NCBI RefSeq assembly: GCF_028368995.1
Contig: NZ_JAQNDL010000003.1
Location: forward strand, 2,496,001 to 2,560,000
Reading direction: 5' to 3'
Length of the DNA: 64,000 nucleotides
From: Nannocystis bainbridge
GTDB lineage: Bacteria; Myxococcota_A; Polyangia; Nannocystales; Nannocystaceae
The notes under the pieces are model-generated. The model did no database searches. It worked only from the letters and a program-made list of their open reading frames with translations, and was not told the origin of the DNA. The first letter of the stretch is position 1. Each line of letters starts with the position of its first letter. This document shows positions 54,009 through 62,683 of this stretch, in pieces. The position numbers and the translations under genes were made by a program.

Positions 54009-54539
54009 TTGCGACATCCGGCGCCGCCCCCCGCCTCGTGCGGGCGGTGCTATAGTCGCGCCCGTTTGCCGCCTCTCGGCCGCACCAGCCTCCTCGGCAC
54101 GCTGCTCGCCTACGCCGGCCTCACCCTCGGCGTCTGCATCCTCTCGCGCGCGTCGGCCTGCGCGGGCGCGCCCCAGCCCGCCAGCCACGGCACCGCCGCC
54201 GAGGAGACCGCCCTGTGGGCCTTCTTCGGACCTGTCGCTCCGGGCATGTCGCTCGGGACATGGTCCATCGTACATGTCACTCCGCCGCGCGGCGGCTCGG
54301 TGATCTTCACCCTGCGCGCCGCCGGCCTCCCCGACCTCGAGCTCGCCGTCACCCGCCTCGTGCCCGACGGCCCGCGCCCGCTGGCCCGCACCGCTCACCT
54401 GGCGCTGTACCTCGCCCGACCTGACCCTTCGGACAGCCCTACCCCATCCGCGACCCTCGCCGCCGCCACCGCCCTCGCCGAGGCCTTCACCGCCCGCGAG
54501 GCCGCCATGTCCCCGCCGCTCGCGCCCCTCACCCCCTGA
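54009..54539 (+). CDS. Hypothetical protein
   Basis: Open frame with a hydrophobic segment and GC3 bias; true start uncertain. Confidence 0.45.
   Translation: MRHPAPPPASCGRCYSRARLPPLGRTSLLGTLLAYAGLTLGVCILSRASACAGAPQPASHGTAAEETALWAFFGPVAPGMSLGTWSIVHVTPPRGGSVIFTLRAAGLPDLELAVTRLVPDGPRPLARTAHLALYLARPDPSDSPTPSATLAAATALAEAFTAREAAMSPPLAPLTP
54230..54285. repeat. 14-bp repeat array (4 units) inside a putative CDS
   Basis: acctgtcgctccgg/gcatgtcgctcggg/acatggtccatcgt/acatgtcactccgc. Confidence 0.75.
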
Positions 54540-54770
54540 ACGAGCGGCCAGCTCGCTCTTACAACCTGTCTCTTCGGACATCCTATCCGGCACCTCAGCC
54601 AGCCCCTCCGCCTCTCTCTTCCACATCCTCGACTGGCCCTCTCCGCTCACCGAACCACGCCCTGTCCGCTCGACCAGCATCGCCCCTCTCGTCCACATCC
54701 TCGACCATCGCTCACCGCTCCTCGAACCACCGCCTGACCCATCGGCCAGCCTCGCCCGCCCTCCCCGCGC

Positions 54771-56426
54771 ATGAAGTCCTCCGCTCGCCTCGCCGCGCCC
54801 GCGCTGCTCGTCGGTCTCGCCGCCGTGCACCTCGCGCTCGCGTGGCCCGGCGCTGGCGAGCGCGGCGTCATCGCCGAGGAGATCACGCCCTACCTGGCGC
54901 GTCACCCCGTCGTGCTCGCCAGCGCCGACGGCGGCGGCGTCCGCCTGCTCCCGCCGCACGATCGACCCGAACATCGCGGCTGGGTCTCGACCGCGCAATG
55001 GCCCAACCTCGCCTACGTCGGTGACAGCCGCACCTGGCCGCTGCTTATTAAAGGCCACCAGAGCGCCCTCGGCACCTGGTATGGCATCGCCGCCGCGCCC
55101 GTCCTCGGCGACGGCATCGCTGGCGTCCGCCGCAGCTCCGTCCTCCTCGGCCTCGCCCTCGTCGGCCTCGTGTTCGCGCTGGCCCGTCGCCTCGGTCTCG
55201 GCCTCGCGCTCGCCAGCGCCGCCGCGCTCGCGTGCGTGCTCTCGCCGGGCCTCCTGTTCTTCGCCCGCACCGGCTACGGCTTCGAGCTCGCCAGCCGCGT
55301 CGCCATGCTCGCCGCGCTCGTCATCGCCGCGCGTCCGCTCACCACCGCGCGCAGCCTCGCGCTCGGCCTCGTCCTCGCCGCCGCGATCCTCTGCCGCGCC
55401 ACCATCGCCGTCACCCTGGTGCCCGCGCTGCTGCTCCTGCTGGTCGCCCGCGGCAATTCCGTGCGCCGCCCCGCGCTCGCCCTCGGCCTCGGCGCTGCCA
55501 TCCCGCTGCTGTTCGCGCTCGTCGTCCAGCTCGCGATCCCGCTGCACGAGGGCACCGCTCCCGCGGCCAAGCTACCGCTCGCCGACCTGGCCCATAGGAC
55601 AGCCGCCGCCCCGGCCACCCTCGCCGCCCAGCTGGCGTGGATCGCCGATCCCAACACGATCCTCCTGCCGCTCGTCGCCGACCTCGCGCGCTCGCCCCTC
55701 CTCGGCCTGGTCTTTGGGACAGCCGTCCTCGCGCTCGCCCTGGCTCGCTGGTGGCGCGCTCGCGCCGGCGACGGCGAATGCATGTTCGTCGCCGCGATCC
55801 TCGGCAACGCCCTGTGCGGCGCCTGGCTGTACGGCGACCCGCAGCAGTTCCAGCTCGGCATGGCCCTGGAGCCCCTGTTCGTGCTCGCCGTCGCCCACCA
55901 ACTGCACTCCCTGCGCTCGCCGCGGATCGCCGCGCTCGCGATCGCCGCCCTGCTGGCCGCCCGCGCCTGGCAATGCGGCGTCCTCCTGGCCGCCGAGCGC
56001 ACCGTCGGCAACCCCATGCTCAGCGGCGCCGCCCAGCGCCAATTGACCGCCGCGCTCCTGGGCCACCACCCCGGCCCCGGCGACATCGTCACCACCACCT
56101 ACAATCACGTCGGCATGCTCGAGGCCTGGGCCCCGCAATCACCACACCCGCCGATTCACGCCTATCGCGCGCTCCGCCGCGGCCGCGACGACGCCGCGGC
56201 GATCTCCGCCTGGACGGCGATCCTCCGCGCCTATCCGGCCCGCTTCATCGTGGTGTCCACCGGCCCCAATCTCTTCGACGGCCCCTTCACCGACAACGCC
56301 GCCACCGAGCGCGCCCTCCACTCCGCCCTGCCCGCCGCGGCCCGGCGAATCGTCGCCCGCCGCGAGTTCGCCTGCGAATCTGGCCGCCCCTGCCTCGCAT
56401 TGCTCGAGCTCTCGCCGCCGCCGTGA
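54771..56426 (+). CDS. Multi-pass membrane protein, GT-C (ArnT/PMT-like) glycosyltransferase candidate
   Basis: First TM followed by IAEE, GVRRSSVLLG, about 10 TMs and a periplasmic C-terminal domain. Confidence 0.6.
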   Translation: MKSSARLAAPALLVGLAAVHLALAWPGAGERGVIAEEITPYLARHPVVLASADGGGVRLLPPHDRPEHRGWVSTAQWPNLAYVGDSRTWPLLIKGHQSALGTWYGIAAAPVLGDGIAGVRRSSVLLGLALVGLVFALARRLGLGLALASAAALACVLSPGLLFFARTGYGFELASRVAMLAALVIAARPLTTARSLALGLVLAAAILCRATIAVTLVPALLLLLVARGNSVRRPALALGLGAAIPLLFALVVQLAIPLHEGTAPAAKLPLADLAHRTAAAPATLAAQLAWIADPNTILLPLVADLARSPLLGLVFGTAVLALALARWWRARAGDGECMFVAAILGNALCGAWLYGDPQQFQLGMALEPLFVLAVAHQLHSLRSPRIAALAIAALLAARAWQCGVLLAAERTVGNPMLSGAAQRQLTAALLGHHPGPGDIVTTTYNHVGMLEAWAPQSPHPPIHAYRALRRGRDDAAAISAWTAILRAYPARFIVVSTGPNLFDGPFTDNAATERALHSALPAAARRIVARREFACESGRPCLALLELSPPP

Positions 56427-56566
56427 TTGTGCGTAGCCCGCACTCGCATTCGTGACTCGGCGCGAATCGTCGGTCCACGCATGCAGAAGGGGCGGCTTCG
56501 CGCAGCTTTTTATTTGACTGCGGGCGCGCCCTCGCGCTTTGATGCGCACTGGAGTGTCTTTTTCTC

Positions 56567-57430
56567 ATGCGTAGCAGCGTGCTGTCGTCTCTGGCCTGTA
56601 TGGCCGTCCTCGCCCTCCCCGGCCTCGCGCACGCCAACGTCGGCGTCGCCTTCGTCCACGGCACTGGCAAGCAGACCAATGCCCTGGCCGACTATTGGAC
56701 GGCCCCGTTCGTCGATTCCGTGCGCCAGGGGCTGCCCAACCCCAGCAATTACGTCGTCATCAATTGCGACTTTGAACAGTACATGTTCGATCCGGAGGCT
56801 GCTGGCTGCCTCGCCGGTCAGCTCACCAGCTTCATCAACACCAAGAAGATCACCTCGATGGTGGTGATCACCCATTCCAACGGCGGCAACGTGATCCGGT
56901 GGATCCTCTCCAACCCCACCTACGATAGTCGCTACCCCAAGATCATCAACACCATCCGGTGGGTCGACGCCCTCGCGCCCTCGAGCCTCGGCACCCCGCT
57001 GGCCGACGCCGTCACCGCCGGCAACAGCTTCGAGAAGTCGCTCGGCTGGCTGCTCGGCTACAAGAGCGAGGCCGTGACCATGCAGCAGACCAGCCACATG
57101 GCCTTCTACAACAGCAACTACCTCTACGGCACCGCCGGCCGGCCCGCGCTCCCGCGCGAGCTGTGGTCCATCGTCGGCACCGACGTCGACTCCTCGCCCC
57201 TCGACAACGACTCCTACTGCGGCGGCTACTCGCTCAACGTCGGCCTCGAGACCACCCAGAACTGGCTCGACGCCTGCTCCGACGGCTTCCTCGAGTGCAG
57301 CTCGCAGGCCGGCGCCGGCTACGTGTGGTTCTACGACACTGAATTCGCGATCGGCGGCGAACCGCTGAGCCACGCCCAGAGCCGTCGCAATTGCTTCGGC
57401 CTCGACGTCGTCCTGCGCAACGACGTCTGA
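56567..57430 (+). CDS. Secreted alpha/beta hydrolase (lipase-like)
   Basis: Signal peptide AHA, FVHGTG, THSNGG, GTPLAD, SDG, LSH. Confidence 0.85.
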   Translation: MRSSVLSSLACMAVLALPGLAHANVGVAFVHGTGKQTNALADYWTAPFVDSVRQGLPNPSNYVVINCDFEQYMFDPEAAGCLAGQLTSFINTKKITSMVVITHSNGGNVIRWILSNPTYDSRYPKIINTIRWVDALAPSSLGTPLADAVTAGNSFEKSLGWLLGYKSEAVTMQQTSHMAFYNSNYLYGTAGRPALPRELWSIVGTDVDSSPLDNDSYCGGYSLNVGLETTQNWLDACSDGFLECSSQAGAGYVWFYDTEFAIGGEPLSHAQSRRNCFGLDVVLRNDV

Positions 57431-57476
57431 TCTGTCTTCTCCTTCGCCGCCCGCTCCTTCACGAGGATCTTCCGTC

Positions 57477-58727
57477 ATGCTGACCCGCCTCTGTCTCCTC
57501 TCGCTCGGCGCCGCCCTGCTCGCCGCTCCGACCGCCGCTGCCGCCCCCGCCGCTCCCGACGTCCGCCTCTCCGCGCCTGTGGCCGGCGACATCGCCGGCG
57601 ACCGCCTCGCCACTGAGGTCCCCGCCGTGTCCGCCGCCATCGATCGCGCGCCCGTGGCGATGAGCTGGCCGATCGACCAGGCCGCCGACGACCTCCAGAG
57701 CCGACCTGCGGCCCACCGCGCCGAGAGCCGCGTCTGGTGGCGCCGCTTCGAAGTCGCCGCCCTCGCCAAGGGCGTCTCGCTGCCGATCAGCGAGCCCGGC
57801 GCGCTGCTCAAGCTCAGCCCGCAGGACGGCGCCAGCATCGGACTCGACGCCCTCGAGCTCGTCGATGCGCAGGGCCGCGTGCTCGCTGGCGCCGACGCCC
57901 TCAAGCCGCTCGTCGACCCCAGCCACCTGCGCAGCGCCGGCGCCCCCTTCGCGCCCGGCACCGCCATGTTCACCCTCCGCCCCGACCTCGGCGTCGGCGC
58001 CTTCGTGCTGCGCGCCCGCGTGCGCTCCGCCGTGCTCGTGCACGTGCTCGAGCGCGACGCCGGTGCTTACCTGTCCCTCGAGCCAGACGCCGACCTCGCG
58101 CTGGTCGGCGGGCGGCTGCAGGTGCGCGCGCACCTGCGCGACGGCGAGGCTGTCCTCAAGGCCAGCTCGATCAAGGGCGAGCTCATCGCCCCCGACGGCG
58201 AGATCACCCGCTTCGACCTCGCCCGCGCCGCCGACGGCAGCTATCGCGCCGAGCTCGCCGCCCCGCGTCGCGCCGCCGCCCCGGGCGCCCTGCACACGCT
58301 CCAGGTCCACGCCGAGGGCGTCACCGCGCGCGGCGTCCCGGTCCGGCGCACGGTCACCAATGCGGTCTCCATCGCCGCGCCCACCGCCCGCTACACCGGC
58401 GGCGTGACGGTCGAGGACAGCGGCGACGGACGTCTGCGCATTCGCCTCCAGGTCGAAGTCGGCGCCGCCAGCCGCTTCGGCGCCGCCGCGGTCCTCCACG
58501 GCACCAATCGCGGCGGCAAGCTCCAGCCGCTCGGCGTCGGTCAGGCCGCGGATTGGCTCGAGCCCGGCCCCGGTGAGCTCGTGCTCGAATTCGACGAGGC
58601 CACGCTCAAGGCCGCCGGCCTGCGCGGCCCCTACGAGCTCCGCGACCTCCGCCTCGTCGATCAGGGCCGCCTCGCCACCGTCCATCGTCAGGCCCGCGCG
58701 CTGGCGCTCCCGACCGCGCGACGCTGA
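57477..58727 (+). CDS. Secreted Ig-like protein (DUF4785-like), likely partner of the upstream hydrolase
   Basis: Signal peptide, ESR.WW, G..L....PGA..K.SP, GPYELRDLRLVDQ. Confidence 0.7.
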   Translation: MLTRLCLLSLGAALLAAPTAAAAPAAPDVRLSAPVAGDIAGDRLATEVPAVSAAIDRAPVAMSWPIDQAADDLQSRPAAHRAESRVWWRRFEVAALAKGVSLPISEPGALLKLSPQDGASIGLDALELVDAQGRVLAGADALKPLVDPSHLRSAGAPFAPGTAMFTLRPDLGVGAFVLRARVRSAVLVHVLERDAGAYLSLEPDADLALVGGRLQVRAHLRDGEAVLKASSIKGELIAPDGEITRFDLARAADGSYRAELAAPRRAAAPGALHTLQVHAEGVTARGVPVRRTVTNAVSIAAPTARYTGGVTVEDSGDGRLRIRLQVEVGAASRFGAAAVLHGTNRGGKLQPLGVGQAADWLEPGPGELVLEFDEATLKAAGLRGPYELRDLRLVDQGRLATVHRQARALALPTARR

Positions 58728-58853
58728 TCTGTCCCAAGGGACATCTCACCGGACCTCCTGTGTGGTCCGGCGCTCGCCGAGTCGCCGGACCGCACGACGA
58801 CTCGGCCGCTCGGACAGTTGCGCCCGTCAGCGCGATCGGTAAGCTGGGCGGCT

Positions 58854-59906
58854 ATGAGTTCAAAATGCCTCGCCCTAACTCACGCCTTAATCGCCGTCCA
58901 GCTCGCCGCCTGTGGTGAGCCCGTGACCCAGGGCGACACGGGCAACATGAGCGACGGCTCGTCGACCACCGACGGCAACCTGACCGCGACGACCGTCCCG
59001 ACCACCGGCCCGACCGGCAGCGGCAGCGAGACCGGCACGAGTGACAGCGAGGGCAGCGGCAGCAACAGCGACACGCAGGCCACCACCTCGACCAGCACCA
59101 CCGACCCGCTCACCGGCACGAGCGCGACCGACAGCACGGCGACCACCACGCCCGGCACGACCACGCTCGACACCACCACGCTCGACACCACGACGACCAC
59201 CGACTCGACGACGTCGACCGCGAGCACCACCGGCGAGACCGCGACCGACACCACCGACGGCACCACGAGCACCACCGATGGCGGCACCACGGGCGACCCG
59301 GTCGGCTGTGGTGATTCGCTGACCGCGGTCATCCGCGACTTCAAGCTCGCGCACCCCGACATGGAGGATTACTGCTGCGGCCAGGTCGACGGCCTCGTCC
59401 AGCCTACCCTCGGCCCCGACAAGAAGCCCGCGTTCAAATCGGTCGGCAACCCCAAGATGCTCACCGACGCGCCGACCTTCGCGCAGTGGTACAACGACGT
59501 CGCCGACGTCAATCATAAGACCCAGATCTCCCTGAACCTGGTCGAGATTCAGCCCGGTCTCTACTCGTACACCAACAACGATTTCTTCCCGGTCGACAAT
59601 ATGTTGTGGGGCAACGAGGGCCAGAACCACAACTTCCACTTCACGACCGAGATCCACACCAAGTTCCAGTACGCCGGCGGCGAGACCTTCACCTTCCAGG
59701 GCGACGACGACGTGTGGGTCTTCATCGACGGTGACCTCGTCATCGACCTGGGCGGCGTCCACGGCGTCGCCAGCGGCACCGTCGACCTCGACGACCTCGG
59801 CCTCCAGCTCGGCGACATCTACAACCTCGACGTCTTCCACGCCGAGCGCCACACCGTGCAGTCGAACTTCCGCATCGACACCACGATCTGCGCCGTCCCG
59901 ATGTGA
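58854..59906 (+). CDS. Fibro-slime (PA14-like) domain lipoprotein
   Basis: LAAC lipobox, Thr-rich linker, IRDF...[38 protein letters not shown]...SNF. Confidence 0.92.
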   Translation: MSSKCLALTHALIAVQLAACGEPVTQGDTGNMSDGSSTTDGNLTATTVPTTGPTGSGSETGTSDSEGSGSNSDTQATTSTSTTDPLTGTSATDSTATTTPGTTTLDTTTLDTTTTTDSTTSTASTTGETATDTTDGTTSTTDGGTTGDPVGCGDSLTAVIRDFKLAHPDMEDYCCGQVDGLVQPTLGPDKKPAFKSVGNPKMLTDAPTFAQWYNDVADVNHKTQISLNLVEIQPGLYSYTNNDFFPVDNMLWGNEGQNHNFHFTTEIHTKFQYAGGETFTFQGDDDVWVFIDGDLVIDLGGVHGVASGTVDLDDLGLQLGDIYNLDVFHAERHTVQSNFRIDTTICAVPM

Positions 59907-60212
59907 CCGGCCGCTGAATCCGCCCGCGACCTCGCCCTCGATGACCGAGCGCGAGGTCGCGTCGCGACTGCGACCGACCCTCGCGCGGATCAGCGCCGCC
60001 TCTCGAGCACGAGTTGAACTCGAATGAGAGCGATATCGAGGCGCGCGGGGCTGCCCGCCCCTTGCCATCGCCCGCCGAGGGACCATCTTCGCACATGCGT
60101 GGTCCTCGTTCGCGAGTCCGCGGCCCCGGCGTCCGGGCCCAGCGATACGGCTCGATACATTCCGATTCATTAGGATAGGAAATCGCCCCAGCTTCTCCCC
60201 GAGGTTCGCAGG

Positions 60213-60270
60213 CAACCTGTTGAAATCATGCATGTTGGCCACCCGATTGACGGCTGGCCTGTTGCGTGCT
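60213..60270 (+). promoter_or_regulatory. Candidate sigma54 promoter with IHF-like site upstream of the tRNA array
   Basis: TGGCCTGTTGCGTGCT at 60255-60270 (GG-N10-GC). The reverse complement of 60213-60225 is TTTCAACAGGTTG, one mismatch from WATCAANNNNTTR. AT-rich context. Confidence 0.5.
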
Positions 60271-60665
60271 CAAGTGGGGTCAAGGACCTGCGTCATGGCA
60301 CCGATCGCCGTCACCACGAAAGATACGCACCAGCCCGTCGCCAGAGATGCGATGGGTAAGCGTATTCAAACGTGGCGACGTGGTCGCGGGTGCTGAAGCA
60401 GAGCACTGCAACCGTCCGCGACCACGAAGTCGGCGAGCGTCCAACTGGCGGCAAAACGAAGCGCCGCCAGACGCTCAGTTCGCGGCGCGTCGATCGTTCG
60501 TCTCCTCCGCGAGCTTCTTCCAGGTCGCCCTCGCTTCCGGGTTCGGAAGACCGGGGCCACACCTCGGGCCTGCGTCGAAAGACGCTGGCATCGGCCAACT
60601 CGGCCGGATTCGCGTCGTCGACGCGCGTTCTTTTACAACTGAATCGTGGAAGAGGAAGAGAAGAT

Positions 60666-60734
60666 TGCGTCGTCGGGCGGCCCCGACCCTCGGCTCTGAC
60701 CCGAGGCTTGCTGGATCGACACCAGCCGGCGCAA
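60666..60734 (+). tRNA. tRNA-Gln(CTG), divergent
   Basis: Acceptor tgcgtcg/cggcgca; anticodon arm ctcgg-ctCTGac-ccgag; T arm gctgg-atcgaca-ccagc. Confidence 0.65.
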
Positions 60735-60776
60735 TTTCAGTCGCAGGCCCGACCTATCGTCGGCCTGCGCAATCGA

Positions 60777-60847
60777 GGTGCCGTGGCCGAGTGACAGGCA
60801 GCGCTCTCATAAGGCGCCATACGCAGGTTCGTTACCTGCCGGCACCA
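60777..60847 (+). tRNA. tRNA with CAT anticodon (Met or Ile2)
   Basis: ggtgccg/cggcacc; gcgct-ctCATaa-ggcgc; gcagg-ttcgtta-cctgc. Confidence 0.8.
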
Positions 60848-60863
60848 TCCTCGATGACAAATT

Positions 60864-60936
60864 GGGCTGCGAGCGAAGGCGCTGGCGAACCCTTGCAAGG
60901 TTCGTGTTACATCGGGGGCGGTACCCGAGCGGTCCA
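60864..60936 (+). tRNA. tRNA-Ala(TGC), divergent
   Basis: gggctgc/gcggtcc keeps G3:U70 and A73; gaacc-ctTGCaa-ggttc; tcggg-ggcggta-cccga. Confidence 0.7.
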
Positions 60937-61020
60937 TACGCGGCGTAACGGCGCCTGTTACGTCACAGCGAGCGTTCTGCACACACACGGCGGTCGGAGC
61001 CGTGCTCGCACCGACAACCT

Positions 61021-61108
61021 GGAAGCGTCGTCCAATGGTAGGACAGCAGACCGTTAATCTGCCTGGGCAATCGCCCACTCGATGCAAGTTCGATCCTTGC
61101 CGCTTCCG
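61021..61108 (+). tRNA. tRNA-Asn(GTT) with long variable arm
   Basis: ggaagcg/cgcttcc, G73; gcaga-ccGTTaa-tctgc; variable arm tgggc-aatc-gccca; gcaag-ttcgatc-cttgc. Confidence 0.8.
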
Positions 61109-61113
61109 CTCCT

Positions 61114-61186
61114 GGGCCGATGGGACAGATGGATGTTCAGCGGGTTCTTACCCCGCCTCAGGCTGGATCGTTACCAGCTCGGCTCG
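61114..61186 (+). tRNA. tRNA-Lys(CTT), divergent
   Basis: gggccga/tcggctc; gcggg-ttCTTac-cccgc; gctgg-atcgtta-ccagc. Confidence 0.7.
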
Positions 61187-61220
61187 TATCTCTTATTTAT
61201 TCTATAATCATTAGCAAACT

Positions 61221-61308
61221 GGGCTCCGGCCAGGACGGGAATGGGGCGGACTTTTAATCCGCATGCCGGGCGCTTGCGCTCGACCGAGTTCGACTCTCGG
61301 GGAGCTCT
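61221..61308 (+). tRNA. tRNA-Lys(TTT) with long variable arm
   Basis: gggctcc/ggagctc; gcgga-ctTTTaa-tccgc; variable arm cgggcg-cttg-cgctcg; ccgag-ttcgact-ctcgg. Confidence 0.78.
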
Positions 61309-61355
61309 TATATCTTCAATAACACTCTCGTTCGCGGCTCGAATGGGCCGCTCTT

Positions 61356-61429
61356 GCCGCCGTAGGGGAGTTGGAGTCTCCGCCTCGTTGTCAGCGAGGA
61401 GATCGCGGGTTCGAGTCCCGCCGGTGGCG
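61356..61429 (+). tRNA. tRNA-Asp(GTC) copy 1
   Basis: gccgccg/cggtggc, G73; cctcg-ttGTCag-cgagg; gcggg-ttcgagt-cccgc. Confidence 0.9.
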
Positions 61430-61471
61430 TTGTTCATTGATATCGATATCTCGGCCCGTACGGGCCGATTT

Positions 61472-61545
61472 GCCGCCGTAGGGGAGTTGGAGTCCTCGCC
61501 TCGTTGTCAGCGAGGAGATCGCGGGTTCGAGTCCCGCCGGTGGCG
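61472..61545 (+). tRNA. tRNA-Asp(GTC) copy 2
   Basis: Near-identical to copy 1. Confidence 0.9.
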
Positions 61546-61577
61546 TCGATCCATCTCTGCCAGCAGGGCCATTCTTT

Positions 61578-61651
61578 GCCGTCGTAGGGGAGCTGGAGTC
61601 CCCGCCTCGTTGTCAGCGAGGAGATCGCGGGTTCGAACCCCGCCGGTGGCG
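61578..61651 (+). tRNA. tRNA-Asp(GTC) copy 3
   Basis: A few substitutions relative to copies 1 and 2; same anticodon arm. Confidence 0.88.
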
Positions 61652-61658
61652 CTCGAGC

Positions 61659-61727
61659 AGGGGCGCGCGTGGTGTGCTACGCGAGGCTTTGAACCTCGTA
61701 AGGAGAGTTCGAACCTCTCCGCCCCTT
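61659..61727 (+). tRNA. tRNA-Gln(TTG), short D arm
   Basis: aggggcg/cgcccct; cgagg-ctTTGaa-cctcg; gagag-ttcgaac-ctctc. Confidence 0.75.
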
Positions 61728-61800
61728 ACCCCTCGGATTTATCTTCGACTCTGATGAATCTTCCACCCGACGTGATTCGTATCTGAATCATCGAACATTC

Positions 61801-61871
61801 GCCGATGTGGCCTAGTGACTGGGCGTCACCCTTCCAAGGTGAAGACGCGGGTTTGATTCCTGCCATCGGCT
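61801..61871 (+). tRNA. tRNA-Gly(TCC)
   Basis: gccgatg/catcggc, U73; tcacc-ctTCCaa-ggtga; gcggg-tttgatt-cctgc. Confidence 0.85.
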
Positions 61872-61885
61872 CTCTGTGAACCTCT

Positions 61886-61957
61886 GCAGTTCAGGTCTTG
61901 TCAGTGAGACGCGTGGTTGCCTACCACGAGGGCCCGGTGCGACCCCGGGGAGCTGCT
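61886..61957 (+). tRNA. tRNA-Gly(GCC), divergent
   Basis: gcagttc/gagctgc, U73; cgtgg-ttGCCta-ccacg; cccgg-tgcgacc-ccggg. Confidence 0.72.
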
Positions 61958-61969
61958 CTACCGTGAATA

Positions 61970-62037
61970 GCCCTTGCTCCAAGGGGGCGCGCTGCTTGGT
62001 ATGTAGCGATGTCCGGGAGCGTTACCCGGCGAGGGCT
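61970..62037 (+). tRNA. tRNA-Thr(GGT), divergent with minimal D arm
   Basis: gcccttg/cgagggc; gctgc-ttGGTat-gtagc; ccggg-agcgtta-cccgg. Confidence 0.65.
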
Positions 62038-62047
62038 TTTGAATCTT

Positions 62048-62120
62048 GCCCCCCAAGCATCAATGGTGATGCGCCGCCCTCGTAGCGCGGAATCGCCGGG
62101 TTCGATCCCCGGGAGGGGCT
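62048..62120 (+). tRNA. tRNA-Thr(CGT)
   Basis: D arm gcat-caatggtg-atgc; ctCGTag loop; ccggg-ttcgatc-cccgg. Confidence 0.82.
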
Positions 62121-62135
62121 ACCTTTTGAAAGGCC

Positions 62136-62207
62136 GGTCCACGAGCTCCCCGGTCGAGCGCCTGCCTGACATGCAGGAGGTACGAGGTTCGATTCCTCGA
62201 TGGACCA
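62136..62207 (+). tRNA. tRNA-Val(GAC)
   Basis: ggtcca/tggacc, A73; cctgc-ctGACat-gcagg; cgagg-ttcgatt-cctcg. Confidence 0.82.
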
Positions 62208-62230
62208 CTCGTTTCCAGTCTGGACAATCT

Positions 62231-62302
62231 GCTCTCGTCGTCTAATAGATAGGGCCCAGGTCTACGGAGCCTGCGATGGTGGTGCGATTCCACCCGAGAG
62301 TA
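62231..62302 (+). tRNA. tRNA-Arg(ACG)
   Basis: gctctcg/cgagagt; caggt-ctACGga-gcctg; ggtgg-tgcgatt-ccacc. Confidence 0.8.
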
Positions 62303-62322
62303 CTCATTTTGATAAAGACAAT

Positions 62323-62394
62323 GGCCTCGAAGTGTATGAGATTGCACGCGACCGTCCGAAGGTCGTGGACCGGGTGCGACTCCCGGCGGGGCTG
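62323..62394 (+). tRNA. tRNA-Arg(CCG)
   Basis: ggcctcg/cggggct; cgacc-gtCCGaa-ggtcg; ccggg-tgcgact-cccgg. Confidence 0.75.
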
Positions 62395-62415
62395 CCGGGC
62401 CTGCTTGCGGGTCAC

Positions 62416-62488
62416 GCTCGCGTAGCTCAGCTGGACGAGCATTGGTCTTCTATACCATCGGACGCAGGTTCGAACCCTGCCGCGAGTA
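62416..62488 (+). tRNA. tRNA-Arg(TCT)
   Basis: gctcgcg/cgcgagt; canonical tagctcagctggacgagc D arm; tggt-ctTCTat-acca; gcagg-ttcgaac-cctgc. Confidence 0.88.
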
Positions 62489-62514
62489 TCTTCGTTCGTT
62501 TGAATCGTTCATCC

Positions 62515-62586
62515 AGGGGAGAGGTGTTGATGGTGACATGCGGGACTCCAACTCCTGCGAACCGGGTTCGAGTCCCGGCTCCCCTG
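62515..62586 (+). tRNA. tRNA-Trp(CCA)
   Basis: aggggag/ctcccct, G73; cggga-ctCCAac-tcctg; ccggg-ttcgagt-cccgg. Confidence 0.88.
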
Positions 62587-62616
62587 TCTTGCATGGGCCC
62601 GGTGCTTCCGGGCCGT

Positions 62617-62682
62617 GGAGCCCGTTCTGGTGGAACGTCGCGGCGCTGCCGCGGTCGTCGGTTCGAGTCCGGCGGGGCTTCT
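62617..62682 (+). tRNA. tRNA-like element, nominal anticodon GCT, aberrant anticodon arm
   Basis: ggagccc/gggcttc; D arm gttc-tggtg-gaac; cgcggc-GCT-gccgcg nearly closed loop; gtcgg-ttcgagt-ccggc; no variable arm. Confidence 0.45.
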
Positions 62683-62683
62683 T

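Noticed and set aside
54621-54730. Degenerate duplication of about 72 bp (ccacatcctcgac ... gaaccac twice)
   Set aside because: Only two poorly conserved copies, with no evidence of function.
60940-61016. Possible tRNA-Cys(GCA) in the spacer
   Set aside because: A ctGCAca loop-like word is present, but I could not build anticodon and acceptor stems; at most a remnant.
61356-61651. Three 74-bp direct repeats as a CRISPR or attachment site
   Set aside because: Each folds as tRNA-Asp(GTC), and there is no integrase nearby.
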